Positions 1-13,440 of a stretch of DNA of 64,000 nt are shown piece by piece. This stretch comes from the human T2T-CHM13v2.0 reference genome, Homo sapiens. Both the position numbers and the translations under genes were made by a program. The stretch is from assembly GCF_009914755.1 (NCBI RefSeq), contig NC_060930.1; one strand, 5' to 3'. Numbering within the stretch: the stretch's first letter is position 1; each line of letters opens with the position of its first letter. The notes under the pieces were generated by a model. It saw only the letters and a program-made list of their open reading frames with translations, did no database searches and was not told the origin of the DNA.

Positions 1-153
1 ATTGTCAGGCTTAACACCCACCCCCTCATGCCATTTAGTCTTACATAAGTAAGAATTAAACTTTTGTTTAGTGACTGAGGTATGGAAGACTATCAATTAC
101 AGTAGTAAAAACTATTATAATATCGAAAAGATAACAAATATCTTTTTGAAGTT

Positions 154-953
154 TGTCTCAGGTTGAGTTATCTGTGAAGTGGAACCCTGAAAAAGAACTT
201 GAATGCAAATAGTTTATATGGGAGGTTATTGCAGGGTGCAGGTGATAGGGTAGTGGGGGTATGAGGCTGTGGATGAAAAAAAAGACAACTTAGTGTGCAT
301 TAATCAGGTTACTACTCTACTCCCTGTGGTGACTTCTAGGACAGTGTGTGGAATACCTCTCAGAAATAAGTAACCCAACAGGCATGAAAGCTGTGTCATT
401 GCATAAGCCCTTCTTGTAGAGACATCAAGCCATTGGTCTGTTTAGCCTGTGCCTATGCATGCTTGCCCCAAACATCCTGTTATGGGATGAGTTGTGTTTT
501 CCCTACCCTCTCCAAATTCATGTGTTGAAACCTTAACCCTTACTGTGATTGTATGTGGAGACAGAGCCTCTAAAGAGGTAAGATTAAATGAGGTCATATA
601 GGTGGGACCCTAGTCCAATATGACTCATGTCCTCAGAAGAAGAGAAAAAGACCCTAGGGATGCACATGCATAGAGAAAAGGCCATGGGAGGACACAGAGA
701 CAAGGTATCCACCTGCAAGCTGAAGAGAGAGGCCTTGGAAGAAACCAACTCTGCTAACACCTTGATCTTGGACTTTCAGCCTCCAAAACCGTGAGAAAAA
801 TCCTGTTCAAGCCACTCAGTCTGTGCAGCCCTAGCAAACTAATACACCTACTCCTACAGCCCAAGAAAGCACACAGGCTGAGAAGCACATGTCCTTATAG
901 TAGGAAGCATGAGAATGCAAAGGATGAGTGAGGTGCTGCCAGGGCCGACTAGA
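154..953 (-). mobile_element. ERVL-class LTR (LTR16/LTR33-like), interrupted by MLT1B
   Basis: Begins TGTCTCAGGTTGAGTT...GAACCCTGA...TTGAATGCAAATAGTTTATATGGGAGG, resembling the reverse strand of LTR16/LTR33-type LTR ends. Followed by ERVL-like internal sequence. Right boundary approximate. Confidence 0.6.
478..846 (+). mobile_element. MaLR LTR MLT1B
   Basis: TGTTATGGG...AAATTCATGTGTTGAA...TAAAGAGGTAAG...GAAACCAACTCTGCTAACACCTTGATCTTGGACTT...GCAGCCCTAGCAAACTAATACA; TG...CA termini. Confidence 0.85.
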
Positions 954-2530
954 GCCCCCTTGCAATGCTCAGAGCCACTAGGGTCCCATGTTAAGTTCAG
1001 GATATCCTGATAATTGGTTTTTCAAGTGGTGTCTTCTTGCAGTTATCGAAACTTACAGCAAGAGGATGGTAGACCAAGCAGCGTTCACCACTTCTGCATT
1101 TGGTGCTGAGCGTTAGTTGATATTTATACTCTCCCTCCTCTGCCTGTGTTCTAGATTCCCCTCAGCCACACCCAACAGTTCTGTTCTGCTAGTGGAGCTT
1201 GCTTGCTTGCAAGCTGTGACCTGCACCCACGATGGGTCTGACTTCGTGCTGATCATGCCTTTGTGACATCATGATTGTTTCCATTGCTCATTTTGGCTGA
1301 CACCAGGCAGAAAATTGGCAAGAGATATTCAGTAAATAACCAGAATTCCAGACAAACTCCACATTCCTTCTCTATGTAATTGTGCCTCTGAACTCATGAT
1401 AATAAGAATGAATTACTTCTGCTTTTATATTAACTCCTTTCTTTGTCTGCTGGTCTATCAGGATGAGTGGTCCAAAGCAACCAAGTAACAACATAGTTAC
1501 TACCTGGTATAAGTGCCCACCTACCTTGCAAGACCGAGGCAACCACTAATTCTGCAGGCCCACAGATATTGGGATAGGAAACAATTTCCTGAATGGATTA
1601 CTAGAAGTTATAATGAAAGGTGCCATCCCTCCTTCTATCCTTTGGTTCCTGGTCCATGTGGAAATAAACAAAGACCACACAAGTGAGATCAAGCCGAGAC
1701 TCTTTATTCACAGATTTTTATAGCAGGGGAGGCAGCCAACATCACTAGAATCCCTAAAGTTGGTGAAGACTCAATGGCAGGCAGGGGAACAGGAAAGTTT
1801 TATAACAGACAAAAAGGGAAGATTTCAGGTATCCTCTGAAAAGAGTGTTGGTAGGGTAGCTGGAGATGGGCTAACTAGAATCCTATGTGATTGGCTTGGG
1901 TAACATATTTGGCCTTCTCTAGTTGTCCTAAGTTATAAAGGTGGCAAAAATTAAGGAAGCTGGAAGTTTTTAACTAAGTCCTGATTGTTTTGGGCTGATT
2001 GTTACAGAGCTTATTTGGCTTCCTGGACTGGTTGCTGCAGATTATGGGTCAATGTCCTGTTTTTATATATGGTCTAGCCATTGTCCATTCACATATCCAG
2101 TTTATCATCCATGTATTCTAGTTAGTGGGGACAAAGCACCATTTGATGGCCATCGCTCAAAATAGGAAAATGCACCTTTGAGAATAGAGCAAAAACTTTG
2201 GAAAGTGTCATCCCCAGGCCAACATCGTAGCTTTTTTTTTTTTTAATTAAAAAAAAAGAGAGAGACCAATATGACTCTTACAGGCAGAGAGGTTTTGGTT
2301 GATATGGTCAATGGATGGATCCCACTGCCATATGTTCACTGTTGTGCTGCTTTTTACCATAAAGTGAGTCTTTTAGGTTTAGGCACTATTCTATGGGATT
2401 TCATATTCACAGATCAGATCCCCTATGAGCCCTCGAATAGTGGACTGCCCCAAAAGTTGCAGTCTTGGAAACTACTCCATATATGAAATAGGTATCAATT
2501 TCTGTAAGAACAAATTATTGCTATGTGTAT
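954..2530 (-). mobile_element. Degraded ERVL internal (ERV3-16A3/ERVL-E-like) sequence, interrupted by an ERV1 LTR
   Basis: Directly abuts the LTR16-like LTR. Motifs such as TTGGTTCCTGGTCCA|TGTATTCT...GGGGACAAAGCACCAT rejoin across the 1657-2107 insertion and resemble ERVL internal sequence. Boundaries approximate. Confidence 0.5.
1657..2107 (-). mobile_element. Solo ERV1 LTR (MER31/MER67-type)
   Basis: TG...CA termini with perfect 4-bp TSD TCCA (1653-1656 and 2108-2111). TTTATT polyA signal on minus strand. Characteristic GGCTTCCTGGACTGGTTGCTGCAG...TTTTATATATGGTCT. Confidence 0.75.
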
Positions 2531-2800
2531 CAAAAACATTTCTACGATCAAGAAGATGAATGTTAAAAATAACAATGAGATCTATTATGTGTTGTAAACA
2601 TTTCTTTCTTTAGCTCATGAACACTTCTTTAATTAAAATCCACTGACAGAGCATTAACATGAACACTAAAATATAGGTTTGTATTAATGAAAACAATAAA
2701 ACATCTCACTGGTAAATTAACTGATCACGAAATCATTCTGACTGTATCAACATGGAACTTTAAACTTCTTAACACATAAAAAAGACATGTTATAAAAAAC

Positions 2801-2985
2801 ACAAATATCTTTTGAAGTTTGTCTTAGGTTGAGTTATCTATGAAGCAGAACCTCGAAAAAGAAATCGAATGCAAATAGTTTATATGGGAGGTTATTGCAG
2901 GGTGCAGGTGATAGGGTAGTGGGGATATGAGGCTATGGATGGAAAAAAAGACAATTTAGTGTGCATTAATTAGGTTACTACTCTA
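2801..2985 (+). repeat. Displaced direct copy of 134-319
   Basis: Manual alignment gives about 14 differences over ~186 bp. Confidence 0.95.
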
Positions 2986-3749
2986 TACTTTTATACTTTA
3001 TAACGAATATTTAAAAGCCATATACAGAAATAAACACATGCATATGTAATCATACTTAGAAAGACTTGACAACACACATGTCCACCAGCAGGTTCCTTAA
3101 GAAAAATGCCACCTTGGATAAATGTCAATGCATTTATATACAAGGTAACATTGTAAGCAACTCCCTGACTTTCTAAGAAATAGTGCACAACTTCTTAAAA
3201 TACCTCATACACACCTTCATATTCGTTTATTCAAAAATTGTCAAAGATATATTGCAAAAAAATTGTATTTTTTGAAATAGATATTATGGGGAATTACTGC
3301 TTTGTGAAATACAGTTTGGGAAATATTCATCCAATGTAAAGCCTGTTGGCTGGTAATAAAAAATGTAGACCCTATTTGCTCTTTGTTTGTATTTTTTCAT
3401 ACATAAGAGAGTTATTTAACTTTGTTTCCTTAACAGGAGTTGGGAATGATTGCATCAAATCTCTTTACTCAGTTTTTTTTTTTACATGGTAAAATAATAG
3501 CAAGGAAAGAAAATTGAATAAAATCTAAATACTCCCAACAGACTATTGTATTTAACAAAGAGAATTTTTATTGATTTTGTTGTATTTTTATTACCCAAAA
3601 TCTATCACTGGCTTACAACAATTATTTAGTTATGCTGAAAAATATATTTAAATTGATTATGTATAAATACAGATTTGCTTATAGTTTCTGCTGTTATTTT
3701 TTGTGAACTTAGAAATGTTAAAAATGAAAACCATGGGATTTCTGACCAT

Positions 3750-4830
3750 CTTCATTAAGTTATAATTTACATACAATAAAACACACTGATTTAGAGTTCG
3801 ATGACTGTGACACCTGTGTAAACCCTTCCCTCTATCAAGAATACTTTTTCCCCATGACTTTCATTACCCACTCACCCCACAGCACTCCCTCCTACCCAGG
3901 AAGCCACTGTTATCATTTTTATCATGTTGAAACATGTATATGTGTTTGTATCGCATTTCTTTCACTCCGTATAATGTCAATAAGATTCCTCCATATTGTT
4001 ATATATAGCTGCAACACACTCATTTTTCTTGTTGAGTAATGTTCCATTGTAATAATATAACCAAATTTTGTACCCATTCACTGTTGATGGACATATGGAT
4101 TTCAGTTTTTGGCCATGATTTCCACTTTTTGATTTTTGTTATCAATAATGCCATCATAAACATTTGCTACTGAAGTCCCCTGTGGACATTAATTTCATGT
4201 TATAAGAAACTGAAAAAAACAGTTGTTCAAAGTGGAAGTACTATTCTACACTCTTACTCTCAATATATCAGGGTCTCAAGTGTTCTACATCCTTGTAAAT
4301 AGTGTTTTGTCAGTATTTTTAAGTTTAGCTATTCTGCAGGGTGTAATTGGCACCTGATATGGTCTGGATGTTTGTCCCCTCCAAATCTCACGTTGAAATG
4401 TGATTCCCCAGTGTCGGAGGTGGGGCCTGGTAGAAAGTGTTTGGATAATAATGAATCCCTCATGAATGGTTTAGTGCCCTCTTTGCAGTAATGAATGAGC
4501 TCTTGCTCTGAATTTAAGAGTGGTTAACTCTGGTTGTATAAGAGTGTGGTTTTTCCCATCCCCCCACTCTCTTGCTTCCTCTCCCTTGCTCCCTCCCTTG
4601 CCATGTGATGTCCTGCTCACACTTGGCCTTCTGCCATGAGTAAAAGCTCCCTGAGGCCTCACCAGAAGTGAAATAGATGCTGGTGCTATACTTTCAGTAT
4701 AGCCTGCAGAACTGTGAACAAATTAAGGCCCTTTTCTTTATAAATTACCCAGCTTCAGGTATTCCTTTAGAGCAATGCAAAAGGGACTAACAACAGCATC
4801 TCTCTATGGTTTTAGTGTGCCTGAGGGTAT
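3750..4830 (-). mobile_element. Old L1M 3' end fragment (L1MB/MC/ME-like), split by MSTB
   Basis: TATAATTTACATACAATAAA...GTTCCATTGTA...CCCATTCACTGTTGATGGACAT...TAGCTATTCTGCAGGGTGT, typical antisense L1M 3' end. Confidence 0.7.
4355..4795 (+). mobile_element. MaLR LTR MSTB-like
   Basis: TGATATGGTCTGGATGTTTGTCCCCTCCAAATCTCA...ATAAATTACCCAGCTTCAGGTATTCC...GGACTAACAACA. TSD GCACC/GCATC. Confidence 0.88.
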
Positions 4831-4872
4831 TATCATCCTTAGAAGATTTTGGCCCTGGGCGTGTTATTCTAA

Positions 4873-4898
<26 letters not shown>
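4873..4898. repeat. (GT)n microsatellite
   Basis: About 13 GT units. Confidence 0.95.
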
Positions 4899-4903
<5 letters not shown>

Positions 4904-5036
4904 TGAACAAAACTTTAAGATTAAAAAAATATAAGATAAGTTGGAATCAGGGACTTTGAAGTAAATATGTTTAAAAAAAAACAACCAGCAGCAAGGAACA
5001 TTTAAATAATGATGAGATGTTTGTTCATCCAAAGTA

Positions 5037-5101
5037 ATGTATTTATAATAAAACAAGAAAGTAAAAAAGAATATGTATTTATAGTAAAACAAGAAAGTAA
5101 A
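5037..5101. repeat. Two-copy 36-bp-period tandem duplication
   Basis: ATGTATTTATAaTAAAACAAGAAAGTAAA at 5037-5065 and ATGTATTTATAgTAAAACAAGAAAGTAAA at 5073-5101. Confidence 0.9.
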
Positions 5102-5183
5102 CAAAAGTTGTAGGAAGAAAAAAAGGAAAATGAGTAAAAAGAAAAGTTACAAAACCAAACTACAAAGAATTTGGTAGTATATA

Positions 5184-6200
5184 AGCTGACTATATAATTT
5201 ATTGTCCAATTAGGGTACTCTAAAGAGTGAAACGGGGCTTTAAAGAATGGTTAAAATTAGATAATTTAACAACTTTTTTTGATCAAAATAATTAGTTTTA
5301 TTATATTGGTGGGCCTATAAAATATTTTTATGAAAACCAAATTTTAAAACATTTTAAAATTTTAAAAACATTTTTTCAAAAAATTAACAAATCTGTACAC
5401 ATTAAGCAACATTTTAGAAAATATGTAATATTGAGTATCTAAAAATAACGATGTACAAATTTCAATATTGAAATTCATCCTTGTGATGTGGAATATCTTA
5501 ATTTGTGAGAATAATCATTTGATAGTGTTCCTACATTTAATTAAATCAGCTTATATCCTATATCAAATTTGAAGGAATATAAGAAATCTTTGAATTTTGT
5601 CACACCTACATTTGGCAAAATAATCAGAATATAAATTATTATTTGGTGAGTTGTCTGATACACATGTTTGCTAAAGACAGAGTCTGTGAAACAAGACCAA
5701 AAGACAGATACTCTGGAAAAATTTAAGCTATAATATTTATATATTTACATGACAAGTTTATAACTGACAATATTCTCTAATAGTAGTTGTTCTACACATT
5801 GCAATTCTAACATATATAGTGGCAATATTTTTATAAAGCATATTTGGGTCCAAAGAGATGAACTGATTAAAGTTGATAATTCCAACTTTTATAACCACAA
5901 AACGTGACTTTGAAGAAAGGGATATACACTTTTGTGAACAACTAAGAAATAATAAGAGCATGGTAAAACAAAAAAAAAAATTCAGAAATAACCAGGGATA
6001 TATTAAAAGCAGATATGAATAACAAATATTGACATATGTATGTACATTCTATTATAATCAATTTCTTTACATAATATGTAATTCTCAAATTTTCAATATA
6101 AAATAGTTATTTTGAACTAAACTACTTGTTATTATGTTTTAAAAAGGATTTTCTTTTTCAAAATTGTTTTGGAATAGTATTTTAAAACATCCATATTTAA
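5184..6200 (+). mobile_element. hAT-Blackjack DNA transposon relic with transposase remnant
   Basis: Start GCTGACTATATAATTTATTGTCCAA...AAGAGTGAAACGGGG resembles the Blackjack/MER81/MER94 terminus. ~5848-5970 translates as SKEMN*LKLIIPTFITTKRDFEERDIHFCEQLRNNK, resembling a hAT C-terminal dimerisation region. Right end approximate. Confidence 0.6.
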
Positions 6201-6220
6201 ATTGTCAGGAAATAATAATG

Positions 6221-6341
6221 TTTTTTGAGATGAGTTCTTGCTATATTACCCAGGCTGGACTTGAATTCTTAGGTTCAAGCAATTCTACTACCTCAGCCTC
6301 TTGAGTTGCTGGGAATACAGGATCAAGTCACTGTGTCTGGC
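6221..6341 (-). mobile_element. Free left Alu monomer (FLAM)
   Basis: TTTTTTGAGATGAGTTCTTGCTATATTACCCAGGCTGG...CACTGTGTCTGGC; ~120-bp monomer. Confidence 0.85.
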
Positions 6342-6380
6342 TAAATAACATAATTTTGTGCAATTCTCCAGTATATCCTT

Positions 6381-6764
6381 TGGTATGGCTTGGACCTTTG
6401 TTGCCACCAAAATCTCATGTTGGATGGTAATTCCCAATGTTGGAAGTGGTGCCTGGTGGGAGGTGACTGGATAATGGGGGGGCAGATTTCCCCACTGGTG
6501 CTGTTCTCATGACAGTGAGTGAGTTCTCAGGAGAACTGGTTGTTTAAAAGTGTGTAGCACTTCCCCCTCTCTTCCATCTACTCCAGCCATGTGAAGATGT
6601 GCATGCTTCCCCTTTGCCTTCCACCATGATTATAGGTTTCCTGAGGCAACCCCAGCCATGCTTCTTGTACAGCATGTGGTAGCATGAGCCAATTAAACCT
6701 CTTTTCTTGTAAATTACCCAGTATCAGGTATTTCTTTATGATGGTGCAAGAATGGACTAATACA
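6381..6764 (+). mobile_element. MaLR LTR MSTA
   Basis: TGGTATGGCTTGG...AATTAAACCTCTTTTCTT...AATGGACTAATACA with perfect 5-bp TSD TCCTT (6376-6380 / 6765-6769). Confidence 0.92.
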
Positions 6765-6789
6765 TCCTTGTTGGGCAATAGACTTATAG

Positions 6790-7750
6790 CTGTTAAATGA
6801 TGTCAGTTCTTCTGAAATAAATACAATTCAATACAATTCTGACCAGAATTCCTATAGGAACTTTTGTGACACTTAAACTGCTTTTAAAATTTATATATAA
6901 TGCTAAAAAATGCATTACTATATATTATTGTAGGTCTAACATGATTTAAGACCAGGTGACGTTGGTTCATGGATAGAAGAATAGATGAATGGAACAGAAT
7001 CAAGAGCTTAGCAATAGAAATATGAATCCGTGGAAATATGGTGTATGATGTCCCTGGCATTGCACCCCAATGGGAAAAATGTATCAGACAATAAATATTT
7101 CCGAAACATGGGAAACAAATATTATCCTTATTTCACACCCTACAGAAAAATTCCATGTGAATCAGAGGCTTCAATTTGGTGAGGTTAGCACTATGATTTC
7201 AGAATAGGAAGATAATTCCTAAGCTATATATTTCTATTCACAGACCATAAAGGAAAAGATTAATGCATTTTTCCTGAAGGAAAATATTAATAAAAGTTTC
7301 CATTTGTCAAAGAACAGCATAAAAGATTAAAAAGAGCAAAGAGTGGGAGAAAGTACTTACAGCACAGCTTCTGAATATTAGAAGTAGAGAATCATCCTAC
7401 TCTTCAATTAGAAAACTTCATTGTTATGAATAGGTAATTTCCAGACAGGGGAAATGCAGGGCATACTAAAAGCACATGACAAAAAATCTGACAAATCTGA
7501 AAATTCTCAGAAAGCTGGGGAATGGACAATTGTCCTGCACTGCTGAGAAAGTGTAAACCGACAGAGTGATTCTGAAGAGAAATCTGTCATTATTTGGTGA
7601 GATTGATTGTATATATACCAGATGATGCAGCTATCCTATTTTATGACATATAACTCAGAAAAACTATCACAAATCCCCAGAGGGACAGACATGAGTATAT
7701 ATTTATCAGATCATTAGTTAGTGGGCTCATCAGACAATCTAAATGGCTAC
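6790..7750 (+). mobile_element. Old L1M ORF2/3' fragment
   Basis: GATGTCAGTTCT...ATTCAATACAATTC...GATAGAAGAATAGATGAATGGAACAGAAT...; degraded L1 ORF2 C-terminal region. Confidence 0.7.
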
Positions 7751-7751
7751 C

Positions 7752-8198
7752 TGTATCCATTTGCTAGGGCAGCAGTAACAGAGGGTCGTAAACTACATGG
7801 GTTCAATGATAGAAGTTTATTGTCTCCCCGTTCTAGAGGCTAGAGGTCTGAAATCAGAGTGTCAGTGGGTTTATTCTTTTTGAGGGCTATGAAGGAGAAT
7901 CTGTTCCATGTGTCTCTTCCAGCTTTGGTGATTTGCCAGCAATCTTTGGCATTCGGCTTATAGATGTGTCACCCCAATCTCTGCCTTTATCTTCCTGTGT
8001 TGTTCTCTGTCTTTGTGCCCAAATTCCCCCCTTTTATAAAAGATATGAAACATTTTGGATTAGGGCCCACCTTAATGATCTTGCCTTAATTTAATTAAGT
8101 CTGTAAAAACCCTACTTCCAAATAAAGTCACTTTCAAAAGTTCTAGAGGGTGAAATTTCAACACATATTTTTGGGAGGACATAAGTTGGCCCATGACA
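7752..8198 (-). mobile_element. MaLR LTR MLT1C-like
   Basis: TGTATCCATTTGCTAGGGC...TTCTAGAGGCTAGAGGTCTGAAATC...GGATTAGGGCCCACC...CCATGACA. TSD CTACC/GTACC. Confidence 0.85.
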
Positions 8199-8241
8199 GT
8201 ACCAGTAGAAATGTAAGTAGTTAAAACATATAGGACTCTTC

Positions 8242-8679
<438 letters not shown>

Positions 8680-10429
8680 TTATTTTGTAAATATTAATGT
8701 ATTTTATAACAATATACACCACAGCTATAGAACCAAATCATTACAGAGGTACATAAGGAATAGAAAGGTATATGTACCCAGAAGATGATGAAGGGAAAAA
8801 TAAAATGAAATAATTAAATTATTTTAAAATGAAATCTAATAAAATATGAATATGAAATTTATAAATAAGAACTGGTCTTACAGAATTGATTAGAATTGCT
8901 CATCCTATACTGAGTAATATTACTAAATTGAGTTTGTGTTCCTGAATTCCCAAGTAAAACCAAAAATATTAAAAAATTAGGAGATTCAAAGCAAACATTT
9001 TTTCTTCTATATTTTCTTGAAAAACTCAAAACTTAGCCCACTGTGTCTTTACTCCTTTATGGCAACAAAAACACTGTTCCTGAGTAGCAGCTGTATCTTT
9101 GAAACGGGACTTATGTTCTTGTAATAGCATCCAATTCGGTTTCACTCATCTGTAATCAGTTTGGCACATGTAAACATGTGTTTGTGACTATTTCAAAGTG
9201 TCTAGCAGAACAGGTGAGGCGATATAGATAAATGAGAATTTTGATCCTGACTAGAATGTATCACGTTTAAAGTATGTTTGTACAGTCAAGGTCAGTAAAT
9301 TATCTTGATTTACTGTCTAAGCCCTGTTGCCTACAATCTTATTTTCCACCTTAATACTGTTTCCAATTCAGAGTCTATAGGAGAATCTCTTTCATGGCTT
9401 CCAATATTATTTATTTTACTTGCATACACTTATTCCTACTATAGTGTTATGTATATAAAGAATGTCTATTGCAACTGGAGCTATTGGGAATAATATTCTT
9501 ATTTTGGAATGTAATAATTTTGCTCATTTGATATAATGCATTTTAATCTGGCCAGTAAAATCCAACCTTCTCTAAACTGCATGTATTTTTAAATTTTTAA
9601 ACTCCTTATTCAGGTGAAAACAATTCATAATAATGTTCACTAAGCATTGTCATATTTTTCCCCGGAATGTTTGCACTCATTGAAATGTCTACCAACAGTA
9701 CAGGAAAGTGTCTATTTTCCTTCATCTCCTCTTCTGACTTGTACTTTCTGTACATTATTACTTTTTAAAAGATGTCAAACTGTCTATCAAACTCCAATAA
9801 TTATCTATGCAAATGCAGTACACACACATGCACATGCACACACACCATCCTTTCTTGTGATAGCACTTTTTGTTTTGTAATGCTGTTGAATTTCATTTAT
9901 TGCCAACACTCATAAGAGACCTGGGGATTGTTACACAAATGGCATTTCATTAGCAGATCAACTCTCTCTAGGCTTCCTGAAAGCCAGAAAAGAAGACTTT
10001 AGGCTTATTACTTTGGGAGTGATTTAACCAAAATTGTGTATCTTCTGCTAGAGGTGAGTGGTGAGTCATAGAGGTGATGTAATTCTAAATCTTACTGAAG
10101 TAAAACTGCATACTTTCATATTTAGAGATAAATGTGGAGGAAAAGGAGAGAGAATACATTAGGAAAAGAAAGAACAGAACTAAGATTTGCCTCTCTGTTC
10201 AGTGAGGACAAAATTCAAACTATCTCCTTTGCAAATAACTTTATGCATTGCATTTGATGTAGAAATAGGATTATTGAAACCATAAATATCAACTTGATAG
10301 AGTTGTTAAAGGCATATATGAATACATGAATTAGTGTTTTTTTATGGCAGAGAACATAGGCGTTCCCTTCATTACAAATAAGACCCAATTTTTTTTTTTC
10401 AAACTAGAGTTCCTATGAGAAATGGCAGC

Positions 10430-10844
10430 TCTCATTGACTTCACTGGATAGTGCTGATACGTATATAAAATGTCCTTGAAGGAGCTCAGGCATGTGGGTA
10501 GAATGTTAAGAAGTGGGGTGCAAGCAGTGACTTGTATGCTTGCTTGTTTTGACCTGCCCTTTGTGTTTTCACTATTGTTAAGAGAAGGGCTGTCCCAAGA
10601 GGCTGCTGCCCTTCAGCCTGGGTCTCAGAATGAGATGTGGAGCACACGTGAGAAGCCTAGGCCTGTGGAGTGAAGCAGAGCTACCCTGCTAAATCTAGCT
10701 GACTCCCAGACATGTGAGTGAACCCAGCTGCGATCACAGAGCTTTACTGGTGGATGTGTAGATCTGTGAGAAAAAAAATTCATATTGTAATATGCGGCTG
10801 GTATTTGGGGACTGTATATTTTGAAGCAATAACTATCAGCTACA
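10430..10844 (+). mobile_element. Old MaLR LTR (MLT1I/J-like)
   Basis: GCTGCTGCCCTTCAGCCTGGGTCTCAGAATGAGA...CAGACATGTGAG...AAGCAATAACTATCAGCTACA. Confidence 0.7.
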
Positions 10845-11187
10845 TCCTGCAACAGAAGTTCTGAATATTTTTGTTTTCCATTTGTATAGTATAGTCCTTT
10901 ATTATGTAAAGACCTGATTTAAAAGACCGTTTTATGTGAATGTACCATTATGTAAATCTCCTATTTTTTCTTCACCTCAGAAAAACACTCTTCTATTATT
11001 TCTTTGATTATTGCTTCTAAACCATTGCTTCTGCTTTCTTGTTAAGGAAACTCAAATGTATTTATTGGACTTTTTATTCTTTCTTTTTTGCTCTTTGTTA
11101 TCTCAGCATTGGTCACATTTTAACCTGAATTCTGAATGGACTTACTATTACTTCCACATCATTGATTCAATTTTCTATAGCCCAGTT

Positions 11188-11189
<2 letters not shown>

Positions 11190-11218
<29 letters not shown>
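11190..11218. repeat. Poly(T)29
   Basis: Homopolymer run. Confidence 0.95.
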
Positions 11219-11221
<3 letters not shown>

Positions 11222-12335
11222 CACAGCAGAGCTTTAAGCCCTCAAATGTAGCTTTCCTTTTTAATGATACATTTATGCTTTCCTTTTCTTAATATATTCT
11301 TTTAACTTTTGAATTTATTTCTCATTATTATGTTCCCATAATTTGGACTGAGAACACAAACGATTTTGTTTCTAAAACATTCTTCTGTTTTTCAAAACAA
11401 ATTCCTGTTGGTGTGCCCTGCTGTTTTAATGATTGCTCTGGAATTCCTTGTTTTCAGCGTTTAAGCTAAGAGTGAGTTTCTAGTCAGCTGTCTCCTAGTT
11501 AAATGTGTGATGTTTAGTCCTCCGTGTGTATGTGCTACCCTAAGGAGGAAACTCTTAGTTTGTATTCTGTTATTGTTTCTCATGATTTTTGTGTCCCAAA
11601 TATAGAGAAGGCAGTTAAAGGGGTAAGGGTTGGGGTTAAATTTCAGTACCAGAGTTCTCAATAATAGCCTATTAATAAAGCATTTAATTAGTTTTTCCCC
11701 TAAAATGCACTTGTCTGTTATAGATATTCTATATTCCTGAAATATAGTAGTTATTTAACAAATACTGCTTTTAAATAAACAAATAATAAATATATCAGAG
11801 TGTTTCCCATTTGACTGATGGAATAAAAAGCCATTTTTTTTGGTAAAGTTTCTTTGACTTTTAGCAGTCAGTTTTCTAGAAAACCTGTGGTATTTACCCT
11901 GTACCCACTACTGCAAATTGTTTGAGAACAGTCTATCAATATCTCCACATAGTACTAAAGTGGCTTTCTTAGTACTTATTATCTTTAAGCTGGAAAAAAA
12001 TGTGTTCAACAGAATGGAGCAAATCATTCATGAAACTTTTCTATTAAAGCTCTACTCCGGATGAAGGAAGCCTTCGAATCTCTAATCAAGATTCTGTTTT
12101 AATTGTGTTAAATATTCCCATTTAAAATGAGGTATAACAAAAAGGTATTAAACTGAAAGTCCTAGCCTGGAGAAAAATGTAAATGTCTTCAGTGTTCATC
12201 TCTATATCTGTTCTTAATTCTTCCCCATCTTGCCTACTGTTCTAGGAGACAGAACAGAAACAAGAAGGAAGGGAAGACTGGGGAAAATTGAGTCTGAGGG
12301 AGCTATAAGTGAATGGACCTTTGAGAATGGTTAGA

Positions 12336-12622
<287 letters not shown>

Positions 12623-13440
12623 ATGGCCAGATTATGAAGATATTTATGTTTCCTTAAATTAAACAACTGGCAATGAGAAAACCAGAGGAAGAAATTTAAT
12701 TAACTTTCTCAAATCCACAGAATGGAATGCATTATAAATTTGTACATGTAGAAGAAATACCTTTAATGTTTGACTCTATATTGAAATAACTGTAAACCCC
12801 TTCAGGATGGAACAAATTACAGACGGTGGGAAATACATATTGAGACTGTGCAAAAGAGAGAACCTATGACAAGAGATCTAGGTCTAGGAGTCATTTAAGA
12901 TGAATCTTTAAGTCACCCAATGAGACTGGCCAGAAAGACATGGGGACATTTGTATCAACAGCACGCAAGTAAATAGAGCAGCACAGACACTAAAAAAGAA
13001 TAACCTAATATGGGAATTCACATTCCAGAGTGAAAATCATGAGCAGGAGCCACATTCTGAACAATCAGGGGATAAAGTGGCCACAGGACACATGAGGCAG
13101 AAACAATGGAGGTGTAAATAATCTGGTTTAATTCTGGAAAACTAAGTCTTACTCTTACAGTGTTCTTTTTCATGAGAGAATTTTAAAGAGATAAAAATTT
13201 TAATCAGTGCTACTTACCTTAAATGCTAAACCTTATTGTTACTACCTGTCAAGTGCTATAGCAAACCCACAAAGGTAGAAGATTAAGAAGATACCACCAG
13301 ATTATAGTTGTAAAATATTTGAGATCAGTACATGAGCTCATATGCAGTGGGTGGAGTGAAAGTCAGGTATTAGTGGATTGAGGAGTGAGGGATATAATGA
13401 CCACTCCGATAACCTCTTTAGCAATTTATTGTTATCATTT

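Noticed and set aside
134-2985. Paired 5'/3' LTRs of one ERVL provirus
   Set aside because: The copy includes external flank, is partial, and is too similar for the family's age; better explained as a local duplication.
11190-11218. Poly(T) as the tail of a processed pseudogene
   Set aside because: No TSD and no recognisable mRNA-derived body adjacent.
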